Assembly (NCBI GenBank): GCA_964016885.1
Contig: OZ024743.1
Span: forward strand, 240,250,001 to 240,314,000
Source: Eledone cirrhosa
Lineage: Eukaryota
Direction: 5' to 3'
Length of the DNA: 64,000 nucleotides
Shown here: positions 1 through 14,026 of the stretch, one piece after another
Layout of the letters: every line of letters begins with the position of its first letter
How positions within the stretch are numbered: the first letter of the stretch is position 1
Program-made: the position numbers and the translations under genes
Notes under the pieces: model-generated
What the model saw: only the letters and a program-made list of their open reading frames with translations
Databases searched by the model: none
Told to the model about the DNA's origin: nothing

Positions 1-1
1 A

Positions 2-1665
2 CTATGCAGTCTGGAAACAACGCCAAACCCCCCTCTCGGCTAAGTATGAGCTAGGAAAAGGCAAAGCAAATCTCTTAGCCCCTGCATGTAGGAGTGGAAA
101 TCGACGCTGAATTTCCTCTTGCATCCAAAAAAGGCGTTCTCCTATTTTGGAAAATGTTATTTTGATAATGTCATCTGTCTGAAGTTCAATTAATTCTTCC
201 TGAAATTTAACGTCGAAATCCTCGACGTTATCTATGAAGGGATCTGCTCTCCACATTGGGATGTTCATCTGAAAAAGGTCGACAAACCGTTCTCTCATGC
301 TGTCTTGTAGTGCATGGAGGTGCGCGGTATAAATTTGGAGTTGGTCATCGCTCACAATGTTTTGAACATTGGCGACACTAGGAAAATTATAGAATTCCTT
401 CGACAAAGATTCCTTTCGATGACTTTCAATTTGGCCAGGAATATTTTCACAGCATTCCTTGCTTTAAATAAGGTGATCTTCTCCCCCTGCAAAGCCATAA
501 TGAGGCTATTGCATTTGTCGAAGATGTCGGCGAGGTAGGCGCAGTCTTGCCTCACATCGAGGTTTTTTTTATACAGTTCTGTGTTGCGTCCTCGAAGAAA
601 CTCAATGATAGGGTCGAACAGTTCAAAGAAGGAAGTAAGGCACTTGCCCTTTGAAAGCCACCTCACTTCAATATGAAGGAGCAACTCGACGAATTCTTCG
701 TCATTATCTTCGCACAGTTGCCGGAAAATTCGTTTATTGAGGGCATGGCGTTTGATATAATTGATGACATCAATAGCTACCTGCAAAGACTTGCTCAGCG
801 GCTCGCTGAGTTTCTTCGCAGCCAACTGTTGTTGATGAATGACACAATGAACAGCAAATACAGATGGATTTTCCCTCTTCAGAAGAGAGACGAAACCCTT
901 ATGTTGGCCGACCATTGCTCTTGCGCCGTCCGTAGCACATGGTACAATATTGTTAAGAGGCATCTCTTTTTCTTCGATGTATCCCTTGACAGATTCAAAG
1001 ATGGTGGCACCTTTAGTATCTGTGGATAGATTCAGAGTGAAGAGAAGCTACTCGTGCATTTCGTTTTGGCGGAAAAATCGCACGTATTCCAGTAGTAAGG
1101 ACTGATTCCCGGAAAGTGTGCTTTCATCAAGTTGCAAAGCAAATTGTGTCGATTTCAAGATGTTGCATAATTTGTGTTCAACATTTTCCGCCATTTCGTC
1201 GATGCGTCTCCTTACTGAGTCGTTACTCAACGGAATACATTTCAAGGTCTTTAACGGGTTCTGGCGTAGTACTGTTGAAAGAAGTTCTGAGATGACAGGA
1301 GCTACCAATGTTTCACCCAAGGAATGGGGCTTGCCGCACTTTGCGATTATGTTGACAATATTGTAAGATGCGACAAGTCCATCAACATTTGAAGCTTCAA
1401 CTTTTGAAAAGGCAGAAGAAATTAGTGTTGTTTTCTGAAATTGGTCCCTAAGAGACTGAAAGTATGCTAAAACTTTATATCGCTTATCGGGGTGCCTCAC
1501 CCCCAGGTGTCTACTCAAACGCGATGGCTTCATCGCCTCATTCGAAAATGACTCCTTGCAAATTAAACACATGGGTGACAGGTGGTTTTACGGCGATGGG
1601 ATGAATCCGAACCGTAAGTAATCAACGCTGTACTGCCTGCATTTTTTCTTCATTGCTGAGGCCAT
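2..1665 (-). pseudogene. Decayed hAT transposase of the Buster/Charlie (ZBED5/SCAND3-like) type; runs off the window edge
   Basis: Three consecutive minus-strand ORFs (1048-1572, 352-963, 2-406) are joined by stops or frameshifts. Motifs: MKKKCRQYSVDYLRFGF (upstream, ATG at 1665), CLICKESFSNEAMKPSRLSRH (BED-like), FALQLDEST, ATDGARAMVG, HCVIHQQQL, EVRWLSKG and LPFPSSYLAERG. Confidence 0.9.
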
Positions 1666-2413
1666 TTTCTGTTTATCGAATGAGTTTTGTAAAATTACGC
1701 AAAGATTTACCTACATAAGCCTATAACATTATGTATAAGGAACTTACTATAATGAGTCCTGTTCCAGTATGATAAAGTTTCAAGTAATGTTCTGGAATAA
1801 AGCTTTGTAATAAACAAAACTACAATGAAAAACACAAACACTGTCATTAATTAACCAAGTCGAGACAAGTTATAGATGAAGATTAACCAGTCTTTCATGT
1901 AGGAATAGTAATAACTTAGCTTGAGGGAATTAAGGTGGCAGACTCAATAAAGTATCAAAGAAGCAACGAGTTCAATAGAACTTAATGCAAGAATGACTAA
2001 TAATGTGCTATTTTGAAATGGAATTCATCAATTAAGCACGTAGTGATAAGACGCTAGAATACTAAGTTAAGACATTACTTATTAGTCAGAGTTACTAAAA
2101 TTATCGCCCTTACCTTAATACATCACTGTGATATTCTTTTAATGGTGCTGCAATTATAATGGATGATTGTTGAAGACTTCAAAAGCACTTCCTTAAGCCC
2201 AAGGCTATAACAAGACTTGATCGTAGTATAAACAGTCAGTTTATATAGGAATAGCAAATACCTAGTTATAGAATAAATGATGTGGAAATGCAATGAAGAG
2301 ATGGGGTCAAGCAAACTGAATGTTAGTAAGAATGAGCTGAAGTATCCAGGTCAAGCCGAACACGGTGATGAACGGGTCAGTGAATTCAATTCATGAATAA
2401 TGTTGCTCTTTTC

Positions 2414-3845
2414 CAGGGGCCTCGTTTGCCTTAAAAATGTGAGGGGGACAAACCAAGATTTGTTGGAGCATTTTAGTATTAGTTATGGTGTCTTTCCTGA
2501 ACGCTGTCACATAAGTAAAATGTTACGCTAATTAAATTTTATAAATTCAAATGAAGTTCAGATATAAAAAAATAAGCTTAAAAAGTATTTATTATATCAA
2601 ATAAACAAAAAATAAAACATAGACGTTTGAATAAAAATCATATAAAGAAAATTTATTGTCTTTTAGAACTTTCCAAATGTATCATATCTCGCATCTTTGC
2701 TGTCAATAAATAATTTAGCAACTTCTTCACAACTAATCTTTTTCAAAACATCTTTATGAACGTCTCATATTAGAATATGATTCAATCTTTGCTGAGTCAT
2801 GGTCGATCGCAACCAAGTTTTGAGTCTCTGCAGGGGGCTAAAAGATCTTTCAGATTCACAAGAACTGGTTGGAAACATTAAAAGTAGCCTGAGCAATCGC
2901 TCAACATTTAGAAACATGCGACGGACTTCTGATTGCATTTCACCGAAAATGTTACGATGATCCTCGAGAGATGATCCACTATGATGATTTCTATAAAAAG
3001 GTATTTCGTTCCTTAAAGAAAATTCATCAAGTTCTGGATACTGCATGATCACTTCAGCACAAATATTTCCATTGAGTAAAATATTGTTCAGTTGTTCATA
3101 ATCTGCTAAATCCTGTGAAAAAAAATAATCTTTCAAATTTGATATTGCAGTATCCACTACCTGCAAATACTGCACTCTGTAATGATCCAAAGCAGTGCAG
3201 TGTTGATATTTTAACGCATTTCCTTCCTGGTATCTTTTAGGAACTTTTCGTTGCCTGGGTAGCTCCAAAGAAGAAATATCGAGTTGATAAATCATTTTTT
3301 CTACTGTATTGAACAGCTCCTGAAATTTTTCTTCACTGTAGATTTTTTAGCTCCTCCTCCACCAGTTTGATACTATGCAACATGCTACCTAGATTGAAGG
3401 TGGTACTTTGAAAAGATTTATTCATCCTTCAAGGAATTGAAGTAATGGAACTACAACGTGCAATCTAAGAACACATTGCCCCGGAGAGTGACACGTAAGA
3501 ATAACATTAGCTCTGGATGCAATGTTGGTGCCAGACTCATTTGTTGCCTCTTGTAAAGAAATAGGGACATCTGTATAATTGTTAAGAAGGGCTTTGACTG
3601 CAGAAAGTCGTGTTAGCCATCGAGTAGGGCACACAGGTTTTAAGGAACGTGGTGACGATACTTCATTTTCTTCATTATGTTGTGATAAATACGCGTGCTT
3701 AAATTTCCCTGATGTACTATATAGTTTCCGCAATTCATTCACGTAATCTAGAACATTTTTTGATAAGGAGAAGCTTGTTGTACAGACTTAGCTATAATAA
3801 GTTGAGAAGTATGAATGCCGCAGTGCACGTAATGGGCCAAATCAA
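2414..3845 (-). mobile_element. Truncated hAT element (ZMYM1-like transposase C-terminal half) with one TIR
   Basis: ORFs 3422-3742 (LKPVCPTRWLTR) and 2765-3295 (SSCESERSFSPLQRLKTWLRSTMTQQRLN, hATC dimerisation domain). A hAT-type end CAGGGGCCTCG lies at about 2414. Confidence 0.8.
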
Positions 3846-4654
3846 GTTATGTTAGAATCTTTAAAAAGATCTTTGTATTCTTTTTTGGTAAGGAGAAAAA
3901 TTTTGTCGCCAGATTTTATTACCTAGGGAGATTAAATACTACACCGCTGGCTGAAAGCTGACCGGGTTCTCAACCTCATCAAACACTAACGCCGGCCTGT
4001 GTGTGTATATATATGTGTGTGTGTGTATATGTATGTATGTATGTATGTATGTGTGTGTATGTTCACCACCATTGCTTCTTTTTGTTGTCATTTCTGTTGA
4101 AGTAGTCCTTATTTTCATCCTCTTTGATTTCTTTTGATTTTCTTTTATCTCCCTAGGGAATTCGTTGACAAGCTTCTTTTATTTATTTTCTTCGTTTTCT
4201 TCCTTCAAATCCATTCACACTGGCTGTTTAAGAGACGTACAAATATGACTTATAAAACTTACAAAACTCAAGGGGCTTCTAGCGCCCCCAAAGTTAAGTT
4301 CAAACGCACCTCTAACGTCCCCTTACTACATAACGTCCTCCCCCCGTTAAGAACCTTTGCTCTACACCATTCAGCTGAAAATGTTTACCAACAGTAGTAG
4401 CTTGACTTTAACTCTGTGGACTATGGGGGTCCTGAACTCTTAGACGCCTATCACCAATGAATTCGGTTAAAGCTCCGGTTTGATGAACCTCAGGTTTTGG
4501 GACAGACGGGGTTAATAGACCATGCAAGGAAAGAATACAAGAAAAAATGTATTCACACTGATACAACAGAAATAGCATCCAGTTGAAATACACAACCACA
4601 CATGTTGTATTCTACAAAGCACAAATACACCCTGGTTAAAGAATGATTTCTAAT

Positions 4655-4850
4655 TTAGGCATAATGATTGAAATTTGTGGGAAGGGGGAATATTGATTAT
4701 ACCAGCTCCAGTACTTTACTAGTACTTTATTTTACAGACCCCAGAAGGGTGAAATGCAGAATTGACCTCGGAGGAACTTGAACACAGAATTTAAAACGAC
4801 AGAAGACATTTTGCAACCGATTTTGTCCGACGTTCTAACGACACTACCAA
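4655..4850 (-). mobile_element. Diverged tRNA-derived SINE
   Basis: Similar to the SINE family at 31961-32152 (gtactttattttacagaccccagaagggtgaaatgcagaattgacctcgg...ttgaacacag). Confidence 0.6.
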
Positions 4851-6989
4851 GTCAAACCCCTTCATCTGTGTATTATAAAAACTCATTTGTGGAGAAGTGC
4901 AAAGTTGATTAATTGAACCCTAAATATTTGACTGGTATTTTATTTTGTTGACTTCTGCGAGATTTCAAATCAGAAAGTTAAGGGGTGGTAAAAAGAACTG
5001 CTAAGCATGTTTTCCGATGCTCCAAGAACTCTGCCAATCCACCATCTAGTTATAAAACGAATCAATCAATGTCCTTCAAAGAGTCATAAAACATAACACA
5101 GCATGCATCTGTCCTAACCACAAACGCTTAGAATAAATTAGAAAAACACCAGACCAAAAAAGATGTTGATTTCGTAAACCGCAGAACATACTTTAGATTA
5201 CAAATATTTCAAATATTTCATTGTAAACATGAATATTGGGATTTCTCTTGGGGAAACAAGACGGTCATTCGTTTCAACTGTGTATGAGCGCGTTTGCATG
5301 AGTATGTGTTCATCTGCACGCGTATACATTCACGTGCGCATGCGCCTGTGGGAGTGCTGAATCTAACTTGAGAAGGTGCCAATGGTTAAGATCTCTTTCA
5401 CAACGTAAACTCGCTAATTTTCTGCAGTTTTCCAATTATTGATATCATAGTTACTCTCTGGTTCCAAATACTAGGGGGCAGGGGATAAGCGAGGGGATTG
5501 GAATAGGCGGGGGGGGGGGGGGGAAATAAGTGGTGGGGTAGAAAATTAGTAACTTTTCTAGGTTGTCTCACTTGATTTTTTAAAAACCAGAATTATTGAG
5601 ACCCCAACCCATCCTATTTATTTTATAATGTTTCTAGTAATCTACTTTTTTGTCATGTATAATCTAAACTATAATAGAGTAAGGAGAACGGGACTGCGTA
5701 CGGTTTATAATTTGTTATCCAATTAGTAAAATAAGTTGGATTACTTTGAATAAATAATGAATGAATATTACATAATTTATCTACTAAATTTCGTGGCTGT
5801 TCATTAAATATATTTTGTTTATTTAAAGATTCACTTCTTTAAAATTTCTGAAATGTCAAAACTTCCGGTTGGCGATCGCTTAGATAAACATACCAATTTT
5901 ATTTCACTAATTTTTTCCTAATGCAGTTTATATATAATATCGTCTTTTTTTAATGTATCATGGATTACTTTACTGATTACATAAAACTGTGTAACACAGT
6001 CTTCGTTCAATTTCTGTGTATATTGTCAATTACGATTTTATTTGATGTATCATATCTACATGTACATATACTTGCGTATCATATCAATATACACACTACA
6101 CATGCAAGCAGAAAACCACCCGAAGGGTGGTTTTTCTGCTAGTGGTTTTTTAATGAATGAAGAAAATTAATTGTCACAGGAATGCTACCACTTGAAATAA
6201 AATTTCGCCGGAGAAAGATTAGTAAAATTTAATAAGTGAGGGTTAGAATAAGAGCGGGTGTGTATACAAATCTGAAAAATTAATAAGCTGGTCGGGGGTG
6301 ATTATTCGAGACGCGAGAGTAATTTGGGAGCACAAATCAACCTTTCAGTTTAGCTGTGTATGCGTGCGTATGTATGAGTATATGTGTTTATATACGTGCA
6401 TGTTCGAATGTGCATGTGCGAGTGTGAGTGTGAGTGATGTATCTAACTTTGGAAGAGAAGATAAAGTTGGTTCTCAACAGCCGTCACAGCAGAATCAGAG
6501 TTAACAGTTTCTACTGTAACTAGAGAGGACTCTGCTCTTCGGAGTTTACTGATATCATGCCAGCACTAAACTGATTCGCCCCTTTTAATTTTTCGTGCCT
6601 CTTCCGTGGAATTTTCTCTAACAACTTTGATCAATCCTTTCTCCACCGACAGATACCCTTCCGGGATTACATTCTTAGCCATGGTTTTCATGCAGTTATC
6701 GATTTACAGTTGTTGAAGCAAATCGACGGTATCAATCTCATCATCACGGTAGGCTCATGAACTATATAGGCAGACCCCCCACCTCTGAAGACCAGACTAT
6801 TTTCTGTAATTTCATGGGCTAATATAGGGTCAATAAAAAGGCATTGATAAAATAAGTGCCAGACTTGAAAATGTTTAGGGTTCATCTTCGCCTTCTTTTT
6901 TCTGGAAGAGTCGTATAGGCAGAGCCCTCTAGTACTCCTTCAGGCGGGTCTTGTCAGAAGCAACCTCCTCCAATTGATCAAGCTGAAAC

Positions 6990-7235
6990 CCCAACCGAGA
7001 CCAGCCGATCTCATATATGCTATCCAACTATCCAGACCACTGGTTTTGTCCGTAAAATCTGTCCAGCGATTCTTCCCTGTGATCTTCAATTTGGAGAAGT
7101 AGCAGCTCTATCTGGAGCGACCCTCCAAGCTACGCACTCTATCGAGTAACGTTACTACAAAGACACTTCGGAGGAACCCCATTTCGGCCTCATGTATTCA
7201 CGATCTTTCGGCCATTACCAGTGTTGATTATAACG
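6990..7235 (-). mobile_element. RTE-clade LINE 3' fragment
   Basis: The minus strand reads (RIH)EAEMGFLRSVF..., a typical RTE post-RT segment. It is homologous to 61690-61860. Confidence 0.6.
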
Positions 7236-7620
7236 CATAAAATATCTTGATGGTGGTGCCCCAGCATGGCCTCAGCTTAACGACTGCTGTCAATAAAAAA
7301 GAATATTATGTGCGTGTACTTTGATTAGGAGAACAGACAGTAGATAGGTTGAAGTAAAGACACGAGAGTATACCACTACAACACTAGATATTGAACCAAA
7401 AGCTATAATTTCTCTCTCTATCTTTCCTTTTCTCTCTACACACACTTTAAATCCGAGTGAATAAGCGAGTCACATGTCTTGATAGAATAAATTTCAAATC
7501 AGTCAGTCATTAATTGTATGAAAGGTATACCGACATAACAGTATCAAAACAAATAAAAATAAATATATAGAGAACAAAATAAACAACTTTGTTGATTTCA
7601 TACATTTATTTATCTTATTT

Positions 7621-7669
<49 letters not shown>

Positions 7670-8138
7670 CTGTGTCAGTTGCCCCCCCCCTTTCCCCCAT
7701 GTTCTATTGAGGCACTGTGTGGTGATAATAAACCTACCTGCCCTCCGCAGTCAAAAGCTTGGTATTCTTATAAACCCAAGTTTTCGATACACGTGTTCTC
7801 TCCTTTATCTTCAGAATTGCTGTATACCAACAGCATTAATATCATTATTCTATTGTATATTAAATGGAGTATGTGGTTGCTGTATTATTTTTTTATTGGC
7901 CATTTTTACTACTTTCTTTTTAAATTCACATCGTTCGTCACCTCTCTTTCATTAGTGTCAATAAACTAAGAGATCATTGAATTGCACAGACAACGAATAT
8001 ACGGGCAGAAACAGGCATGGCATTAGAATGTTTTCCCCTGTTTTTCACCTCTCTGGTCTGAGTTCAAATCCCACCGAGATCAACTTTACCTTTCATCTTT
8101 CCAGTGTCGAGAAATAAAATACCAATCATGAGTGATGT

Positions 8139-8180
<42 letters not shown>

Positions 8181-8490
8181 ACTACGCTTCGTTGTGAAAA
8201 CCAGGGGAGTTGAGCGATAGGCTCAGAAACTCTACTAATATAAAACTGGAAACGTCCACAGACGCACAGACACATACTCCACTCCCCTAAATAAATACTT
8301 ATTTTTGAGCCTTTATTGAAATAATGATTACTGGGTCATAATTTGATTTTATACATCAGAAGATTTCCTAAATGATCTGTATCTTTCGGTTTAGAGTTAG
8401 GGAGTAGAAACACATCATGCTGGGAGGAATAGCTTCAGGTGATTGAACGTTTCACTTCACTGCATTACATATATATGAACCTACCAAGCA

Positions 8491-8568
<78 letters not shown>

Positions 8569-10429
8569 CACACACACACACATTGTATACATGCACGTGT
8601 ACCAGCATATTTTGTTTTGCAGTTTAATTTAATACAGCGTCGATTAATCCCTATACAATGCTGATTAAACAAGTGATATAGCCAAAACAGTTAAGCCTAA
8701 TACATTCAATGAGATTCGAACACGGACAAATGTTCGTATAAAACTATAAAACGTAGCTTCTATTTTAGGAGGGCACCGTATAAACTGTATCGCTTATAAT
8801 TTTTTTACGTGACGGGAAAACGATATGAACTTGCTGCGGCATATTCGGGTTTTAATAATTAGTTTTATACTTAAGTACGATACGTATATTTGTGTGTTTG
8901 TAATATGTTCAGCATACTTCTAATTCCATTCCTCTTAATTCGCATTTTGTTGCTTGTAAGATCTAAAAAAGTGTTTGAATGGTCCAAATTTGCATCGCAG
9001 GCCAGTGGATCAAAGTAGCATAGAAACACTACCGGGGTTACCCCGATTCCAAATATGTGCTATATGTTAGATTTGACAGGCAGGAGTCGAATCTTTGAAC
9101 CAGAAAGCTATGCGAGTGGACATGCACAGAGAATGACATTTATTAGTATACGCGTATGCACACAAGCACGTTAAATAAAGAACTGACAGAGCCAGATTAG
9201 ATGTTTAATAAGTATTAATGTTTCATACCTTTGATTTCAATGAAAGGGATCTATTCAATGCCTTTTCGCTGGTTCTCCGAGACTAATTCAGATTAATGCC
9301 GTTAACATTCAACTTGAACCGTTGTAAATCGACAGTTGCATGAAAACTGGGTGCAGAGATCTCATTTCAGATGGGCAACATTCTGAGGACGAGAATGTTT
9401 TGAAGTTTTACTCCAAAATTTAGATTAACACAGAATTTGAAAACCATCAGTTGTCTTAGAAAATATGTTTAGGAGTTTCGAGATTAATTTTCACTACTCT
9501 AAGCACAGTTTTGAGGCTCACACCATTGGCTCATCTCGTTGGTAAAGGTTTCTTTCACAAGAATTTCTGAATTGGCTAATGTTTTGCAATTTTCCAGTCA
9601 CTGATAACATAGACGAAATAAATTTTAGAGTAGGTTTGCGTTAATCCTGACAAATTGATGCCGCAATCACCACAGGTGATCTTCAGTTAACGAGAGGATG
9701 AAAGAGAATCAATACTTTCCGTTGGGTTTTACAAATACTTCGGCAACCATGTTATCATGGATGAATGAGAATGCCCCGATATGCTATACTTTATATTTAG
9801 CAAATGTACATTCTTTGAATAAATCTAAACAAACATTAGGCGTCGTCTTGACAGAGTCATTCGAACGTCGGATGGAATGCGTTGCGGTTATCGTCCCAGT
9901 TTTGTGAATTCAAATACTGATCATCTTAGCTGTTTATCTTTTCGGGGGTGATACTAACTTGCTAGTCCAGTACTGGGGCCGATTCTTCTATATTTCCTTT
10001 TTCCTCCTTTCCCCCCTCTCTCCTTCTCTGAATGAACTCGTATGGAGAGGGGATAGGATCCGCCAGATTTAAGGTACCCCAGAAACGTAATATGCTCCGA
10101 GGGTGTCCATATATATAAAGACAAATTGATTCCTTGAGATTCCGATCCTTACTTGAGAAAATAATTCTCACACCTTCTCTAAAGGAACCTAGTATAAGCT
10201 ATCTCGAAAGATAATGGAACAGATGCGGGAAAGCGTATAAATTAAAAATGAAAGAACATGATATATGCAAACATGAAATTAATCATATGATTATTTAATG
10301 TTGAACAGGAATGGATTAAATCAAGTCTCGTTAAGTGTGAAGCAATTGAGACCGGATTGAATTTTGATTTTGATTAATGCAACTCGAATCAATGTTACCT
10401 GTGTTTTAGGTGCATCATCTGACACTGTT

Positions 10430-11900
10430 TCATCTATCCTACAACTGACTTCCTAACTGTCGCTTTCACGGTTTGGGGGTGTGTTTATTTCTGTATTAGT
10501 ATCGCTGTGGGAGGATTGCATGCTTGGGTAATGGACTTTTTCTTGGATCTGACATTTCGTACCTTGCGGGCATCTCCGTATAAGAGTTTAGTAGCGCAAC
10601 CCTTGGCCTTGTGCACTCGAAAATTATTCAAAATCATACCTCTTTATCACCTCTGAGGTAATTCCATATTCTCTATGGGCCTCAACCTCCTTAATGTTCT
10701 CCTTGGGTCTCTGAAGCTCCTCACTGGCGAAAGGTCCTATCTCAATATTCATTTCCTTAAACAGCTGTCTGATTTCCCCAGTGTTCTGGGCTGTGGAAAG
10801 TGGCTCTCCTAATAGGGTCTTAAATTGGTCCAGCCACTTTCCTTTCCTGTCTTCAAGCTCTGTTCCCCGATATGACTCGAATTTCCTCTCTTCCTTACTG
10901 TGATCTCGTTAATGATCATCCAGCTCCCTTTGCACTTACACCAGTCCACCGCTCTCTCTACACTCCTGCTCTTCTCCATCAGCACCTCCTCTTTCGCTTC
11001 AGTGTGAGTTTTTCCTTCCTCACCTCCACAATATTCTTCCTCTCCTCCGTAGGATCAGCATGGAATTGGTTTTTGGCAGTTCTCGGGTATTCTCTGGATG
11101 CACACACTTTTGAATCTGCAAAGTTGTCGTCTCTCCTCTTCCTCTCTCTCCTCGACACCAGGACCTCAATAGCTTCTTCCACTGTAGTGGGGAAGTTCCC
11201 GTACCCCCTCGTCACACTCCTCTCAGCACCCACATTCTCTCCTCCGCCTCTTCACATAGAGCACTGAACCTGTTCCTCGCCTCTACTGTGTACCTCTCCT
11301 ATATCTCATCATCTTCCTTGAAAGCACCCCAGTTATAGATGGTTATCCGGTGCTTAGTTTTATTCTTTCTTAAACTCACCCGCACCTCGCTCATAACAAG
11401 CCTGTGATCACTGCCTGGTTTAATAAAATAACTGTAGGATTCTGTATTCAGAACACTATTCTACCACTTCCTCCTCACCAAAATAAAATCAGTCTGGTAC
11501 TAGGCCAGGTGCATATCAGAGATGTAGGTCCACATCTTACCCAGTTTCTTCCTAAACCTTAGGATGGTTGTCATTAGGTTCACCTCCAGCAGGGTGTCCC
11601 TCAGTAGTCTCCTGTTGTGGTTAGTGTCGTCATGGACGTACCCAGAACTTGCAGAATGTTGTGAGCTCGTGTGGTATAGACAGCACTACATACTTCATCA
11701 TGGAAGTCCTCTGCACTCTCATCACTGTCCCCCTCAGTTGGACAATAGGCTGAGATGACTAACAGCCTTGGGTTTCCATTTAAGGTCCCCCTCAAAGTCT
11801 GTGGGAACACACATGCTCTTCCTCACTAATATGTTGACTCTTGCACTCAACACAAACCCCACCTCTCCTATTTCAGCAATAGTTGTGTTCCCCAGAACTG
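10430..11900 (-). mobile_element. Decayed RTE-type LINE (APE endonuclease and start of RT)
   Basis: Minus-strand fragments GEVGFVLS, LLVISAYCPT, DFILVRRKW and SDHRLV are APE endonuclease motifs, interrupted by many stops. Confidence 0.7.
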
Positions 11901-11902
11901 AT

Positions 11903-12052
11903 GAGGTGCTACACGCGGATGCTGAGGATAGTTCTGAACATAAACCAGTACGCACTGAGGATGGAGAACTCAGAGTTGTGCAGGAGCCTTCTAAATGTCA
12001 GTTCGAAAGTGACACAGAGGAGACTGGGGTTAGCTGGACATGCTCACCGACA
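11903..12052 (+). mobile_element. RTE LINE C-terminal fragment, inverted relative to the adjacent piece
   Basis: CYTRMLRIVLNI...VSSKVTQRRLGLAGHAHR is a typical RTE C-terminal motif. Confidence 0.7.
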
Positions 12053-12084
12053 GACAGTCATATATACAATATACATACATATAC

Positions 12085-12187
<103 letters not shown>

Positions 12188-12464
12188 CAACTAAGACCTT
12201 CGATTTCCCTAACCCGTAATTAAACACACACAGAAAAGCAAAACCAGCCTCAAACCTAAACCAGACACAAACCGCACGCCATTGCTCGACTCCGGACATC
12301 TTCCATATCAAGGACAAACTGGTATACATGTATTCTTTCCCCATCATCTCTAATTCTCGTTAAACCAACCTCCAGCCCGCAGTCATCACAGGTATGGGGA
12401 AACCAGACTTTAAGAACTGCGGCCGTCATATTACGTAGTTTCTGTATAATAATCATGTAGCTAC

Positions 12465-12617
12465 GGCGCTTTTATTTCTGAGTTCAAATCTCACTGAGGT
12501 TCGCTTTGTCTTTCATCCTTACGGGGTCGATAAAATAAAGTAGCAGTAAGGCACTGGAGTCGATTTAATTGGTTTTGCCCCTTTAAAATACTGGTCTTGT
12601 CCCCAAAATAGAAACAA
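12465..12617 (+). mobile_element. tRNA-derived SINE
   Basis: B-box GAGTTCAAATC followed by the family core ctttcatccttacggggtcgataaaataaagta and a tagaaaca tail. Confidence 0.7.
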
Positions 12618-12906
12618 GTGCGTGCGCGTAAATAACAACTGGTTTACTTACGTAGCATTTTGAAATTTGAGAATATATTCGCCACAATGCAGATAATTAT
12701 AGATAATATTTGAATGAAAAGTTATCATGGAGATGAAAAATAGTGAAGAAAGCAGCCTGCGGGAATCGAACCAGGTATCTCTCATATTCGCCGAAACTAT
12801 CTCCCTCCATGTTTCTTCCGTCTCCATAGGTATATTACTGCATTTATTCAATTATTACCTATAGTTAACTATTATTAGATTTATCTGCATTGTGGCGACT
12901 ATATTT

Positions 12907-12999
<93 letters not shown>

Positions 13000-13003
<4 letters not shown>

Positions 13004-13245
13004 ATCCCGGGTTCAATCGGGAGTAACCACAGTAAATAAGGTACGCAATACATAGCAGAGTATAAATATTTTATATAGAAATGGCTTCTGTTTCATTCGG
13101 GAGAAATCATCAGGGTCTTCCTGATGATTTCTCCCGGATGAAACAGTTCTAGTCCTGTAAAAACCATTTCTATATTAAATATTTATACTCCGCTATGTAT
13201 TGAGTACCTTACTTACTGTGGCTACCCCCGATTGAACCCGGGATA

Positions 13246-13248
<3 letters not shown>
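13000..13248. mobile_element. Fold-back (palindromic) PLE pLTR derivative, family A
   Basis: GTTTATCCCGGGTTCAATCGG...CCGATTGAACCCGGGATAAAC inverted arms centred near 13116, with a small deletion in the left arm. Hammerhead-like CTGATGA(13121)...GAAAC...GTC. Flanked by (TG)n and (TA)n. Confidence 0.75.
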
Positions 13249-13287
<39 letters not shown>

Positions 13288-13905
13288 ATAGATAGATAGA
13301 TAGATATACTGGTGTAAGCAAAAATAACATGACGTTATTGAAATAGAGCTACACATCGTCACACTCATAGATATATAGATAGATATTAATAGATATTACA
13401 TAAAATGTATAGATATAAATTTGCATTTACGTTTATTTTCCTTTTATTTTTTCCTTTATTTTTTCATCTCGCCTTTGTTATTTTGCTAAACCATTGTTTT
13501 GTTTTGGTTTTTTTTTCTTAAATTATTTTCTTGTTTATTTTTGTTTTGCCAGTGCTTCTGTTATACGGTGTAGGTTCGATTGAAGCTAGTGCTTGCTAAG
13601 TGATGGCTTATCTAAAATTTATGTGTTCGCATTATATGGAAGACTTGTTTGGTGAAACGGAGTGCCCAGTCAATGCCATCAATAATGTATGTTGACCCCC
13701 ACACAATAATTATAGGCAAAGTAAGGGCGATTTACACCATCGGCTACATACACACAGATGAAATTACGCACACAAGCGTGCACATGTATAAATGCAGTCG
13801 CAAAGTCACACAGACTAATACACACACATAAATACATACATAACACATATAGAAACGAATAAGTTAACCATCGTTCGATTACTTCGGTGTGTAAACACGC
13901 GTTAA

Positions 13906-13939
<34 letters not shown>

Positions 13940-13992
13940 CCGCATGTGTGTGTGGAGAGAGAGGGACAGACACGGATATGTGATATGTGTCC

Positions 13993-14026
<34 letters not shown>

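Noticed and set aside
6108-6141. Terminator-like hairpin GCAGAAAACCACCC-GAA-GGGTGGTTTTTCTGC
   Set aside because: Rho-independent terminators do not apply to this eukaryotic DNA; likely a small transposon-end hairpin.
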